NCBI RefSeq assembly: GCF_004010195.1
Contig: NC_057757.1
Location: 9,340,423-9,377,544 of the forward strand
From: Chiloscyllium plagiosum
Taxonomy: Eukaryota
Direction: 5' to 3'
Length of the DNA: 37,122 bases
Shown here: positions 11,301 through 23,300 of the stretch, in pieces
Layout of the letters: every line of letters begins with the position of its first letter
Position numbering within the stretch: the stretch's first letter is position 1
The notes under the pieces: model-generated
What the model saw: the letters and a program-made list of their open reading frames with translations, nothing else
Told to the model about the DNA's origin: nothing
Databases searched by the model: none
Translations under genes and position numbers: made by a program

Positions 11301-14300
11301 GGGTAGTAGAAGAGATGAGGGGATTGTGGCACAGCGCAAGAGGAAGTGGCACTGGCACAAAACAAAGGCATCCCCGCTGAAAGGGTAGGGAGGGCAGGTT
11401 TCCTTCCCCTGTGGACAGTGATGAAGCAGATGGGTTTACAATGTAACTGTTCGTAGCCACTTCAATTAAAAACAGCGTAAAGGTGTCTGGAATGAGCAGG
11501 TCACACTGAAACAGAACATGGGAGCAGGAGTAGGCCATTCAGCTCTTTGACCTGCTGTTCCATTCAGTATGCTGATGGCTAATTATCCAACTCAGTGCCG
11601 TGTTCCCATTCTCTCCCCCCTTTGAACCCTTTAGCCCGAAGGACAATGGCTCTCTGCTCTTTGCAGTGAATACCCAGGCTCACCGTTCTCTGGGTGAAGA
11701 CCTTCAGAGAGTCAGAGAGATGGACAGCAGAGAAACGGACCCTTCGGTCCAACTGGTCCATGCTAACCAGATAGCCAAACCTCATTGAGTCCCATTTGTC
11801 AGCATTTGGCCCATATCCCTCCAAACCCTTCCTATTCATATACCCATCCAAATNNNNNNNNNNNNNNNNNNNNNNNNNNNNNNNNNNNNNNNNNNNNNNN
11901 NNNNNNNNNNNNNNNNNNNNNNNNNNNNNNNNNNNNNNNNNNNNNNNNNNNNNNNNNNNNNNNNNNNNNNNNNNNNNNNNNNNNNNNNNNNNNNNNNNNN
12001 NNNNNNNNNNNNNNTTTCACAACATCTTTCCGATAGGAAGGAGACCAGAATTGCATGCAATATCCCAACAGTGGCCTAACCAATGTCCTGTACCTCCACA
12101 ACATGACCTCCCAACTCCTGTACTCAATACTCTAACCGATAAAGGAAAGCATACCAAACGCCGCCTTCACTATCCTATCGACTTTCCTCCCCTCAGTTCT
12201 AAATGGGCTATCCTATAAGCTCAGAGTATGTCTCCCTCCCCTCATTCCAGACTCCGCAGTCATCGAGAATATCCTTTTAACGTTTACCCTGCCTAATCTT
12301 GAGAGTTTTACAGGTTTCTGAGAGAGCTCCCCTCATTCTATAAACTCATCTTTGGTTATGCGGAAAGATTAGACAGACTGGGCTTGTTACCTCGCGTGTT
12401 GAGGAAGATGAGGGGGTGACTTGATTTGAAGTTATAATGTCAAACCTGTTCAGGATAAGATGGACATGGGACGGTCTCTGTTGTGGAGGTGGAGTGGGGG
12501 AGCGCTTAGAGGTCAGAAACTCCAGAACCGGGGTTGGGGGGGGATTTGGTTTCCCCTCACGGTTATCTTTGGAACTCTCTGGTTCGCGGGGAGGTGGGGA
12601 GGGTAACAGGCGATGAGTCGTTGAATTTGTTTGAGGTGACTTGGATCGATTCTGGTCAGGCTGAGGTATCGGGGGAGGGGGTGGGGTGGGGCTGATGGAT
12701 AGGAATGTGGAATCGAAAGCACAAACTGATTGGCCACGTGCGTATTGAGTGGCGGAGCAGGATGGAAGGGCTGAATGGCCTTTTTCTGCTCCTAATTTGA
12801 AGGGGTGTGTGAGCTGGAGAAGCTCAACAGGTCCAGCAGCATCTGTGGTGAGAAAACCAGATGTTAATGTTTTGAGTCTGGGATAATTCTTCAGAACTAT
12901 GTTTCCCCAGCATCTGCAAGACTTTGTGTTCCCATGCAATAATAATTTCCTGATGACCACCCCTGAGACTCCCTTTCAATTCCACAATTCCATAGTTGAG
13001 TTTTAATCTCACCAGCCATTGGAGTGGAATTTGAGCTCAATAGCATTTGCCTCGGGTCATTTATTATTGCAAATTCCTCACACGAATGGTCCCGGGACGG
13101 GGAACTTCAGTGGCAAGGATAGATTGGAGAGGTCAGGACTGTTCCCCTTAGAGGAAGAAGAGATTTGATCAAAGTGCTCAACGTCACGAGGAATGTGGAC
13201 AGCGTTGATAGGCAGGGCCTGCTCCTGTTGGAGGAAGGCTTAAAGCCAGGAGGCACTTGAGGAAGAGAATGAAGATAACGCTGAGTGAGATGAAGGGTTT
13301 GCGCCCTCTGAAGCCTCTAGAGTGTCTCCAGCATCTTCGATCTTTGTTTCCGATGTCGGGAAGGAGATTCCACACGGAATCTCTGCAGATTTGAAGGTGC
13401 TGTCCTGAACCTGACTGACCCTTGGTCACAGAAAGTTAATCCAACCCTTAACTTTCGTCAGTCGGAAGAGAAACAGTTAACATTTCAATCCAATGTGACT
13501 CTGGTTTCTGTCCCCACAGACACTCGGAGACCCGCGGGTTTCCCCACAGACACTCGGAGACCCGCGGGTTTCCCCACAGACACTCGGACACCCGCGGGTT
13601 TCACAGCACTTGCTGCTTTAGTTGAAGCTCTCCAGCATCTGGAGTATTTTGTTTTGATTATTGATTATTCTCTCTCTCTGTCTCTCTGTCTGTCTCTCTC
13701 CCTGTCTCTCTGTGTCTCTCCCTGTCTCTCTGTCTCTGTCTCTCTCCCTGTCTCTCTGTCTCTCTCCCTGTCTCTCTGTCTCTGTCTCTCTCCCTGTCTC
13801 TCTGTCTCTCTCCCTGTTTCCCTGTCTCTGTCTCTCCCCCTGTCTCCCTCTCTCTCTCTCTTCCCCTCCTCCTCCCCCTCCCTGTCTCCAGGAACAGGGT
13901 GTGAAGATATTTGTGCTGTTGTATAAAGAGGTGGAGCTTGCCTTGGGCATTAACAGCGGATACAGCAAGCGAACGTTGACAGCGCTGCACTCAAATATCA
14001 CGGTAGAGTCTCTTCCGAGTGTGCGACGGTTTGTGGTATGTGAGCTCATTGACCCTCTGCACAGTAGGTTTCTCCATCACAGTTTCGACTGCTGTGAGAG
14101 TTACAGCCCAAAATGGGCAAGTCTCATTCCAACATGGAGAGAGCCCCTTCAGCCCTTGGCCGAGAGTGAGCTCTCAGTGAGTCTGTCAGGGCTAAAGCTA
14201 TTCATGTCTTGTGGAACTCTGCTTTAAGGACTGGATGAGGGTGCACATGTGTAGCTCCTGATTCTCGGATTATGGAGCTCTTGCTGTTCCCACTTTGGGA

Positions 14301-17300
14301 ACATCTTTACAACCAGAAGGCACAGGAGCAGAAACTAGGCCATTCAGCCCATCAAGCCTGCTTCACCATTCAATCATGGCTGGTAAGGTTCTCAACCCCA
14401 TTTTTCTGCTGTCTCCCTGTAACCCTGGATCCCCTTGGTACTCAAGAACCTATCCATCTCCATCTTAAATATACCCAATGACCTGGCCCCCACAGCCTTC
14501 TGTGGCAGTGAATGGCCATAGATTGCCCACTCTCTGGCTGAAGACGTTTCTCCTTATCTCTGTTTGAAAAGTTCTTCCCTTTACTCTAAGGCTGTGCCCG
14601 CAGGACCGGGTCTCTCCTCCCAATGGGAAACATCTTCCCAACATCTTTAAGCCATGCCGTCCAACCCCCACTGTGTACCTGGCCCTCACAGACAGCTCAT
14701 TCGCAATGTTCTTAGAGTTGTGTTTCTCTGTCTGTTATCTGTCTCAAGTCCAGAAACTTCCCTGCAAGCCGAAGTGCTCTCTTTCTCTCGCTCGCTCTCT
14801 CTCTCTCTCTCGCTCTCTCCCTCTTGCGATCTCTCGCTCACTTTCTTGGGCTCTGTCTCTCGCTGTCTGTCTCTCGCTCGCGCTGTCACTCGCTCTCTCA
14901 CTCTCTTTCGCGTGCTCTCTCACTCTCGCTCGCACTCTCTTGCTCTGTCTCTTGCTCTGTCTCTCGCTCGCTCTCTCTCGCTTGCTGTCTCTCGTGCTTT
15001 CTTGATCTCTCGCAGTCTTGCTCTCGCTCTCGCTCGCACTCCCATGTTCTCGCTCGCTCGCTCGCTCTCTCTCGCACTCTCTTTCGCGCTCTCATTCTCG
15101 TTCGCGCTCTCTCTCTCTCTCTCTCTCACACTCTGTTTGTTCCCCTCGAGCAGGTGATGAGGCACCCGGATCATGTCTCCTCCACAGTGTTGCTCTGGGC
15201 CCACCATGAGAAACTGGTCGTCATCGATCAATCGTTGGCCTTCCTGGGAGGGTTGGACCTGGCCTACGGCAGGTGGGACGACCAGGACTATCGCCTGACC
15301 GACCTGGAAGCTCCCCAATCTCAGCCGGTACGTGCAGCTGCCTCTTTCGTGGTTGATCTGTTGTCCTCCGTCCTTTTCACGTTTCCCCATCCCCCTCTCC
15401 TCACCGCCTGTCCTCTTCATCGTCACCAACTTTGTATTTTTTGTTCCCCGCTTGTCCATGGGATGTGTCTTTTATGGGGTTGAAAGGGCTAATGCCAAGC
15501 AGTGTCACACGCACCAATTTCGATAGGTTGATATACAGAACAACCTCGATTATCTGAACAAGGCAGGTTGGGAATATTTTGTTTGGACAACTGATTGTTT
15601 GGACAACTCATCGGGGTTCCGGTGGCAGTGGCAATAGCAGGATCAGGGTTGCCATGGCGATCCTGTTCCTGTTCCCACCGCCAGCCCAGGCTGCCTGCTC
15701 TTTCTGTGCTTTTATTTAAATTTAATAAACTTTTTTCGGGACCTTGTGATCTTGTTTGGATAATCTGAAATTCGGATAATTGATGTTCGGATAACAGAGG
15801 TTGTTCTGTATCCTCCGTTTCGGTCTCCTTATCTGAGGAAGGATGTTCTGGTGAAGGAGGGGATTGTACCAAAGGTTGACCAGATGATACCTGGGGTGAC
15901 AGGACAGATGTATAAACAGACTCTCCATCAGTTAGGACTATATTCGCCGGCGTTTTTGAAAAATGAGGTGGGGGGTGGGGGAACCTCCTAGAAATCTATA
16001 AAATTCTAACAGGACCAGACAGGGTAAATACATTAAGGATGTCCCCAATGTCCCCCAGAACCTGGGGGTCGCAGTTTAAGGATGTAGGGTGGGCCATTTT
16101 GGACACAGATGAGGAGAAATATCTTCCCCCAGAGAGTGAAGAGCCTGTGGAACTCTCTTCCACAGGAAGCAGTTGAGGCCAAAGCATCTCACGTTTTTAA
16201 GAAGGTTCCTCGGGCTGAAGGGATTAAAGAGCATGGGGAGATTGGCAGGAACAGAGCACCGAGTTGGAGGATATAGAATGGTGATGAAGGCTGAATGGCC
16301 TCCTCTTGTTCTTGCGTTGCTATAAACTTGGGGTCTCGAAGGAGTGCAGCCTACACTCCACCTCATTCTGTCCGTAACTGGATGCGGCCTGAAAAGTTCC
16401 TTCCCCAGAGGGCATTCGTGAGCCAGATGGGTTTGTGTGGCCAATCGATGATTGCTTTCACTGTAATGGCCTTATCAATCCCAGAGTTTTTAATGAATTT
16501 TACTGGTTTGAGCCCGTCATCCCAAAGTGGGTTTCCAGTCCAGTCACACCATCGTTACGACAGCATTTAGACAGACGCATGAACAGACAGGGAATAGAGG
16601 GATAGCTGCCTATTACTGTCCTCTGCTCTATTTTCTGTCATTGGGTCACACGTACGCATCCCCCAAAAACACAGAGTAGCTCACAAGCTGTTATAACTTG
16701 GGGGATATCCTAAAATAATGAGGCTTACCCTGTCACAAGCAGCAGTTAAATGATCAGTTAGCCTCTCCCACTGATGAGACTTCTATTCACTTAAATAAGA
16801 GTCGATGGAAGCAGTCAGTAGGAACCATCTCCGCTGTATACAGGTTTTTTAATAAGTAGCAATACACTTAAGGTTACTTTAAAGTTGCAAAATGTTCAGA
16901 TAATATGTTTAAACGATAGCACTTTGCATAAATATTTCTGAAAATAGTGGCTGCAGGATTTTTTACCACATCCAGCCAGGAAGGCAAGGCAGGGCCTCAG
17001 TTTAATTTCTCTGAAAGATTGACCCCCCCCCCCTCCCCCAACAGTGCAGCACTCTCTCAGCACTGACCCTCTGACAGTGCGGCACTCCCTCAGCACTGAC
17101 CCTCTGACAGTGCGGCACTCCCTCAGCACTGACCCTCTGACAGTGCGGCACTCCCTCAGCACTGACCCTCTGACAGTGCGGCACTCCCTCAGCAGTGGCA
17201 CTTCAAATGTCTGCCTGCATAATGAGTTCACATTTCGGAGATTCAAGACTCTTCCTGATGTCGAGGGGAGAGGATATTCCTGTTGACCATCTCGTTAATT

Positions 17301-20300
17301 GACGTTGACGATTTGCTACATGTAGGTTTGTAATCACAGCGAAGAGGAGCGTCTTGAGGAACCTGAGGAGGAGAAGGGAATACCACTCGAGGAGGTGAAG
17401 GAATGGCGTTCTCGCTGCCGGGCTGACTCAACAGACTGTAACGCGGCTGGGCAATTCTGGCTTGGAAAAGACTATTGTAACTTCATTCAGAAGGACTGGG
17501 TTGAGCTGGACAAGCCTTTTGAAGGTAAATTGAGCTTCCTCAGGTTTAGAATTTAACCATCCAGAACCCTCCCTGTGCTTCAGGATAAGCAGGTAGCTGT
17601 TACCATGCTGTTACCTCAGAGATAATCTCTGGAGTTCCTGTTGAGTTTATACACTGACCATGAGAAGAGAATGCAGAGCTAATTAATACACACTATTCCC
17701 AGGGTTATCAGTAAAGTATAAGAGGCCAACTGAATGACTCTAACGCCGTCTGGGACAAAGGTAATTCATATCAGGTTTATCAGTAATGGATGTAGGCTTG
17801 CTCACTGAGCTGGAAGGTTCATTTCCAGATGTTTCGTCACCCTAGTAGGTAACATCTTCAGTGGGCCTAGAGGCAAAGCACTGTACATGATTCCTACTTT
17901 CTATTTAGATGTTTGGGTTTCTTTGGGTTGGTGATGTCATTTCCTGTGGTGATGTCATTTCCTGTTCTTTTTCTCAGGGGGTGATAGATGGGGTCTAACT
18001 CGATGTGTTTGTTGATAGAGTTCTGGTTGGAATGCCATGCTTCTAGGAATTCTCGTGCGTGTCCCTGGCTTGTCCTAGGATGGATGTGTTGTCCCAGTCG
18101 AAGTGGTGTCCTTCCTCATCCGGATGTAAGGATACTAGTGAGAGAGGGTCATTTTGTTTTGTGGCTAGTTGGTGTTCATGTATCCTGGTGGCTAGTTTTC
18201 TGTCTGTTTGTCCAATGTAGTGTTTGTTACAGTCCTTGCACGGTATTTTGTAAATGCCGTTAGCTGGAAAATGAACCTTCCAGCTCAGCGAGCAAACCCA
18301 CGTCCAGAACTCAACCTGAGCTACAAATCTTCTCAAAACTCGCGTATTCAGAGTAGTTTAAAGTGGGTTCACATAACTAATTGACGGGATTATCATATTT
18401 TGAACAGTCCAGACCTATATCTATTAGATTTTAAAAGAATGAAGTCCATGTAAACAGCATCATCGGCTTTTTCCTTCATTAATCATCTTCATCACCTCCT
18501 CAAATAACCCAATCAAGTTAGGTATGCACGACCCCCCACATAAAGCCATGTTGTCTATCACGAATAAGTCCGTTTGTCTCTAAACGCATATAGATCTTGT
18601 CCCTGAGAATCTTTTCCAATAATTTCCCAACCACCAACATGAGGTTCACACAGGCCTGCAATGTCCTGGATTATTCCGTGCTACCTTCTTAAACAATGGG
18701 ACAACATTGGCTATTCTCCTGTCCTCTGGGATCTCTCCAGTGGCCAAAGAGGATCCGAAGATGTCCATCCATACTCCAGCAACTTGTTCTCTCGCCTCCC
18801 TCAATGTCCCGGGACCCAGGGACTTAAAAAGCATTAAGGTTGATAAGACGCACAACACCTCTTCCTTTTTAATGGCGACTTGACTGAGAAATTCCACACC
18901 CTCTTCCCTGAGATCATTCTCCACCAATTCCTTGTGAGATTCTGAGGCGACTTGGTCAGGTGGATGTTGAAGGGATATTTCCCTCATGGGAGAGACTTTG
19001 TCCAGATATCAGAGTTTGAAAGATTAGAATTCGAATAAAAATTGGATGTTGCTGTATCCAAATACAGGAGTACAGTAAAAAGCGCACAGTGTGGTCATTC
19101 TCTGACGTCATCTTGGCTACAAAATCCCGAATTTAAAAAAAAAAGCTAAGAAACAAAAATCAGAATTTTAATAAAAGCAGGAGTATCAAATGTAGGTGGA
19201 TGTAGAAAGATTATTTCCCTCTGGCTATAGGATCTGGAGCAAGGGGACACAATATAAGAAGAAAGCAAAAATAATGACCGCCTGTGCGAGAATGAAGGAT
19301 GGGTGTGGCAAGTAACACGCGCCTTGGATGACCAGGAATGTTATGACCTTGGTCAAAAAGAAAATGGAAGCACGTGTCAGGTCTAGGAGGATGGGAAATG
19401 GCGAAGCCCTGAAAGTGCATAAGGAAAGTGGGAAAGAACTTAAACGAGGAATTGGAGAGGTTGAAAGGGTCATGAAAAGTTGTTAGCACACAGGATGAAG
19501 GAGAATCCCAAAGCGCTTTATACAAAAGGAAAAGGGTTGGCCCACTCGGGGACAAAAGAAGGAATCTGTGCCTGAAGGCAGAAGAGTTGGTGAGGTCCGA
19601 AATGAATACTTTGTGTCGGTATTCACCAAAGAGAAGGAATTGGTGGAGAATGATCCCAGGGAAGGGGGTGTGGAATTTCTCAGTCAAGTCGCCATTAAAA
19701 AGGAAGAGGTGTTGTGCGTCTTAAAAAGTATTAAGGCTGATAAGTCCCTGGGTCCCAGGACATTGAGGGAGGCGAGAGAACAAGTTGCTGGAGTATGGAT
19801 GGACATCTTCGGATCCTCTTTGGCCACTGGAGAGATCCCAGAGGACAGGAGAATAGCCAATGTTGTCCCATTGTTTAAGAAGGTAGCACGGAATAATCCA
19901 GGACATTGCAGGCCTGTGTGAACCTCATGTCGGTGGTCGGGAAATTATTGGAAAAGATTCTCGGGGACAAGATCTCGGGGACAAGAAACAAACGGACTGA
20001 TTAGTGATGGTCGGCGTGGTTTTGTGCAGGGAAGCTTGTGCCTCACTAACTTAATCGGGTTTTTTGAGGAGGTGATGAAGATGATTGATGAGGGAAAAGC
20101 AGATGAGGCTGTTTACATGGATTTCAGTAAAACCTCCTGACAAGGTCCCTCATGGCAGACTGGGACAGAAGGTGAAGTCACATGGTATCGGGGGTGAGCT
20201 GGCAAGGTGGATACAGAACTGGCTTAGTCACAGGAGGCAGAGGGTAACGGTGGAAGGATGCTTTTGGGAACGGAGGGTTGTGACTCGTGGTTTGATTAGA

Positions 20301-23300
20301 TTAGTTTCCCTGCAGTATGGCAGCAGGCCCTTTGGCCCAGCAAGTCCACACCGACCCTTCAAAGAGTAATGTGCCCAGACCCATTCCCCTACCCTATATT
20401 TACCCCTGCCTAATGCACCTAACACTATGGGGCAATTTAGCATGGCCAATCCACCCTAACCTGCACATCCTTGGACTGTGGGAGGAAACCGGAGAAACCC
20501 ACGGGTCAAAGTGCAAACTCCACACAGACAGTCGCCTGAGGCTGGAATCAAACCCGGCTCCCCTGCGCTGTGAGGCAGCGGTGCTAACCACTAAGCTACC
20601 GTGCCGCCCCCTGGTGTTCCATAGGGATCGGTGCTCGCGGTCGACATAAATGATTTGGAGAAAAATGGGGCTGGTCTGAATAGTAAGTTTGTGGACGGTA
20701 AAAAGACTGCTGGAGTTGCAGATAGTGAGGCGGATTGTCAGATACAGCAGGAGATAGATCAGTTAGAGGCACAGGCAGATAACAGGCAGATGGAGTTTAA
20801 TCCAGACATGTGACCTTTTGAAAGGTCAAGTACAGTTGGAAATTTTACAGTGAATGGCAGAACCCTTCAGTGTATTGACAGACAGAGGGATCTGGGTATA
20901 CAATGACATACAGAGGGATCTGGGTATACAATGACATACAGAGGGATCTGGGTGTGCAGTGACATACAGAGGGATCTGGGTGTGCAGTGATATGCAGAGG
21001 GATCTGTGTGTACAATGATATGCAGAGGGATCTGGGTGTACAATGATATGCAGAGGGATCTGGGTCTACAATGATATACAGAGGGATCTGGGTGTGCAGT
21101 GATATACAGGGGGATCTGGGTGTACAATGATATACAGAGGGATCTGGGTCTACAATGATATACAGAAGGATCTGGGTCTACAATGATATACAGAGGGATC
21201 TGGGTGTGCAGTGATATGCAGAGGGATCTGGGTGTACAATGATATACAGAAGGATCTGGGTGTGCAATGATATACAGGGGGATCTGGGTGTGCAGTGATA
21301 TGCAGAGGGATCTGGGTGTGCAGTGATATGCAGAGGGATCTGGGTGTACAATGATATACGGAGGGATCTGGGTGTGCAGTGATATGCAGAGGGATCTGGG
21401 TGTGCAGTGATATGCAGAGGGATCTGGGTGTGCAGTGATATGCAGAGGGATCTGGGTGTACAATGATATACAGAGGGATCTGGGTCTACAATGATATACA
21501 GAAGGATCTGGGTCTACAATGATATACAGAAGGATCTGGGTCTACAATGATATACAGAAGGATCTGGGTCTACAATGATATACAGAAGGATCTGGGTCTA
21601 CAATGATATACAGAAGGATCTGGGTCTACAATGATATACAGAAGGATCTGGGTCTACAATGATATACAGAAGGATCTGGGTCTACAATGATATACAGAAG
21701 GATCTGGGTCTACAATGATATACAGAAGGATCTGGGTCTACAATGATATACAGAAGGATCTGGGTCTACAATGATATACAGAAGGATCTGGGTNNNNNNN
21801 NNNNNNNNNNNGGGATCTGGTTGTACAATGATATACAGAGTGATCTGGGTGTACAATGATATACAGAGGGATCTGGGTGTGCAATGATATACAGAGGGAT
21901 CTGGGTCTACAATGATATACAGAGGGATCTAGGTCTACAATGATATACAGAGGGATCTGGGTGTACAATGATATACAGAAGGATCTGGGTCTACAATGAT
22001 ATACAGAGGGATCTGGGTGTACAATGGTATACAGAGGGATCTGGGTGTGCAGTGATATGCAGAGGGATCTGGGTCTACAATGATATACAGAGAGATCTGG
22101 GTGTGCAGGTCCACAGCTCACTGAGGTGACAGTGCAGGTAGATAAGGCAGTAAAAAAGGCCTAGCGCATGCTTCCTTCATTGGGAGGGGCATTGAGTATA
22201 AGGATAGACAAGTTACGCTGCAACTTTATAGATTTAGTTAGGCCACATTGGAATATTGCGTACAGTTCTGGTCACCACACTCCAAGAAGGATGTGGATGC
22301 TTTGGAGAGGGTACAGAAAAGGTTTACCTGGATGTTGCCTTCATGGGAGGATTTCAGCGATGAAGACCTGATAGAAGTTAATAAGGTTGTGAATGGCGTG
22401 GACAGAGTCGAAAGTAAGATGCTTTTCCCAGGGTGGAGAGGTCAGTGACTTGGCAACACAGATCAAGATGCGGGGAGGGAAGGGAGGTGGAGTTTGAGAG
22501 AGATGTGTAAGGCAAATTTTTCTCACAAAGTGGGGTGAGTGCCTGGAACGGACTGCCAGGGGATGAGGTGGAAGCGAGCAGAACAGCAGCATTCAAGAAA
22601 TACCTGGACAAGTGCATGAGTAGGAAGGGAACAGAGGGATACGGGTCCTGTCAGTGAACATGGAAGGGGAAAATGGGTTGGTGCAGGCTTGGAGGGCCGA
22701 AGGGCCTGTTCTTGTGCTGTATTGTTCTTTGAAATGGCCAAGAAAGCCTCTCAATTCAAGGGACAGTCAGGGATGGGGAACAAATCCCGGCCTTGCTAGT
22801 GACATCGACATCCCTTGAAAATGTAAATTAAAACAGGTATTCCCTGTCTGCTGCACTGATGACATTTAGGGACTGAAATGGGGGGGATGGGCCCCACAAT
22901 CTTTTGACTCCAGCAAAATAGTCCTGCCAACGCAGGCAAAGCTGATGGTGCAGGCTAAAACTCACAAAGGAATTTATTTGTAAGTAACATAATTACGCTG
23001 AGCGTGATCCAGCAAAGAAGCAAAATCAAAGGCGAAATGAATGAGTGAAGAATCTGAGATTTCCTTTCTCCTCCTCCTGCAGACTTCATTGACCGAAGTG
23101 CGACCCCTCGTATGCCGTGGCGTGATATCGGTGTGGTTGTCCATGGTGGGGCAGCACGGGACGTGGCAAGGCATTTCATACAGCGATGGAACTTCACCAA
23201 GGTCAGATTGCCATGGCAACAGGAAGGCCACGCGTGATTTATTTTGTCCGACACTGACACAGAATGTGTTTGTCAAATTTGCTCGAAATGTTGTTCACCC

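Larger units (their letters stand above)
19200..22730 (+). mobile_element. Long decayed CR1 LINE (ORF2 linker, RT, 3' tail) interrupted by a SINE and a minisatellite
   Basis: [42 protein letters not shown] and [18 protein letters not shown] occur in colinear order. Confidence 0.92.

Noticed and set aside
13495..15483. Long Ser/Leu- or Arg/Glu-rich ORFs
   Set aside because: They are translations of TC/CTCG microsatellites. Only the embedded PLD exons are real.
17825..17864. Functional ribozyme at the minus-strand family-A copy
   Set aside because: Stem III reads ACAU instead of the palindromic ACGU, so dimer pairing is lost. It is also antisense to PLD2.
20880..22108. 28-bp repeats as a CRISPR array
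   Set aside because: The units are head-to-tail with no unique spacers, there are no cas genes, the context is vertebrate, and the unit derives from a LINE.
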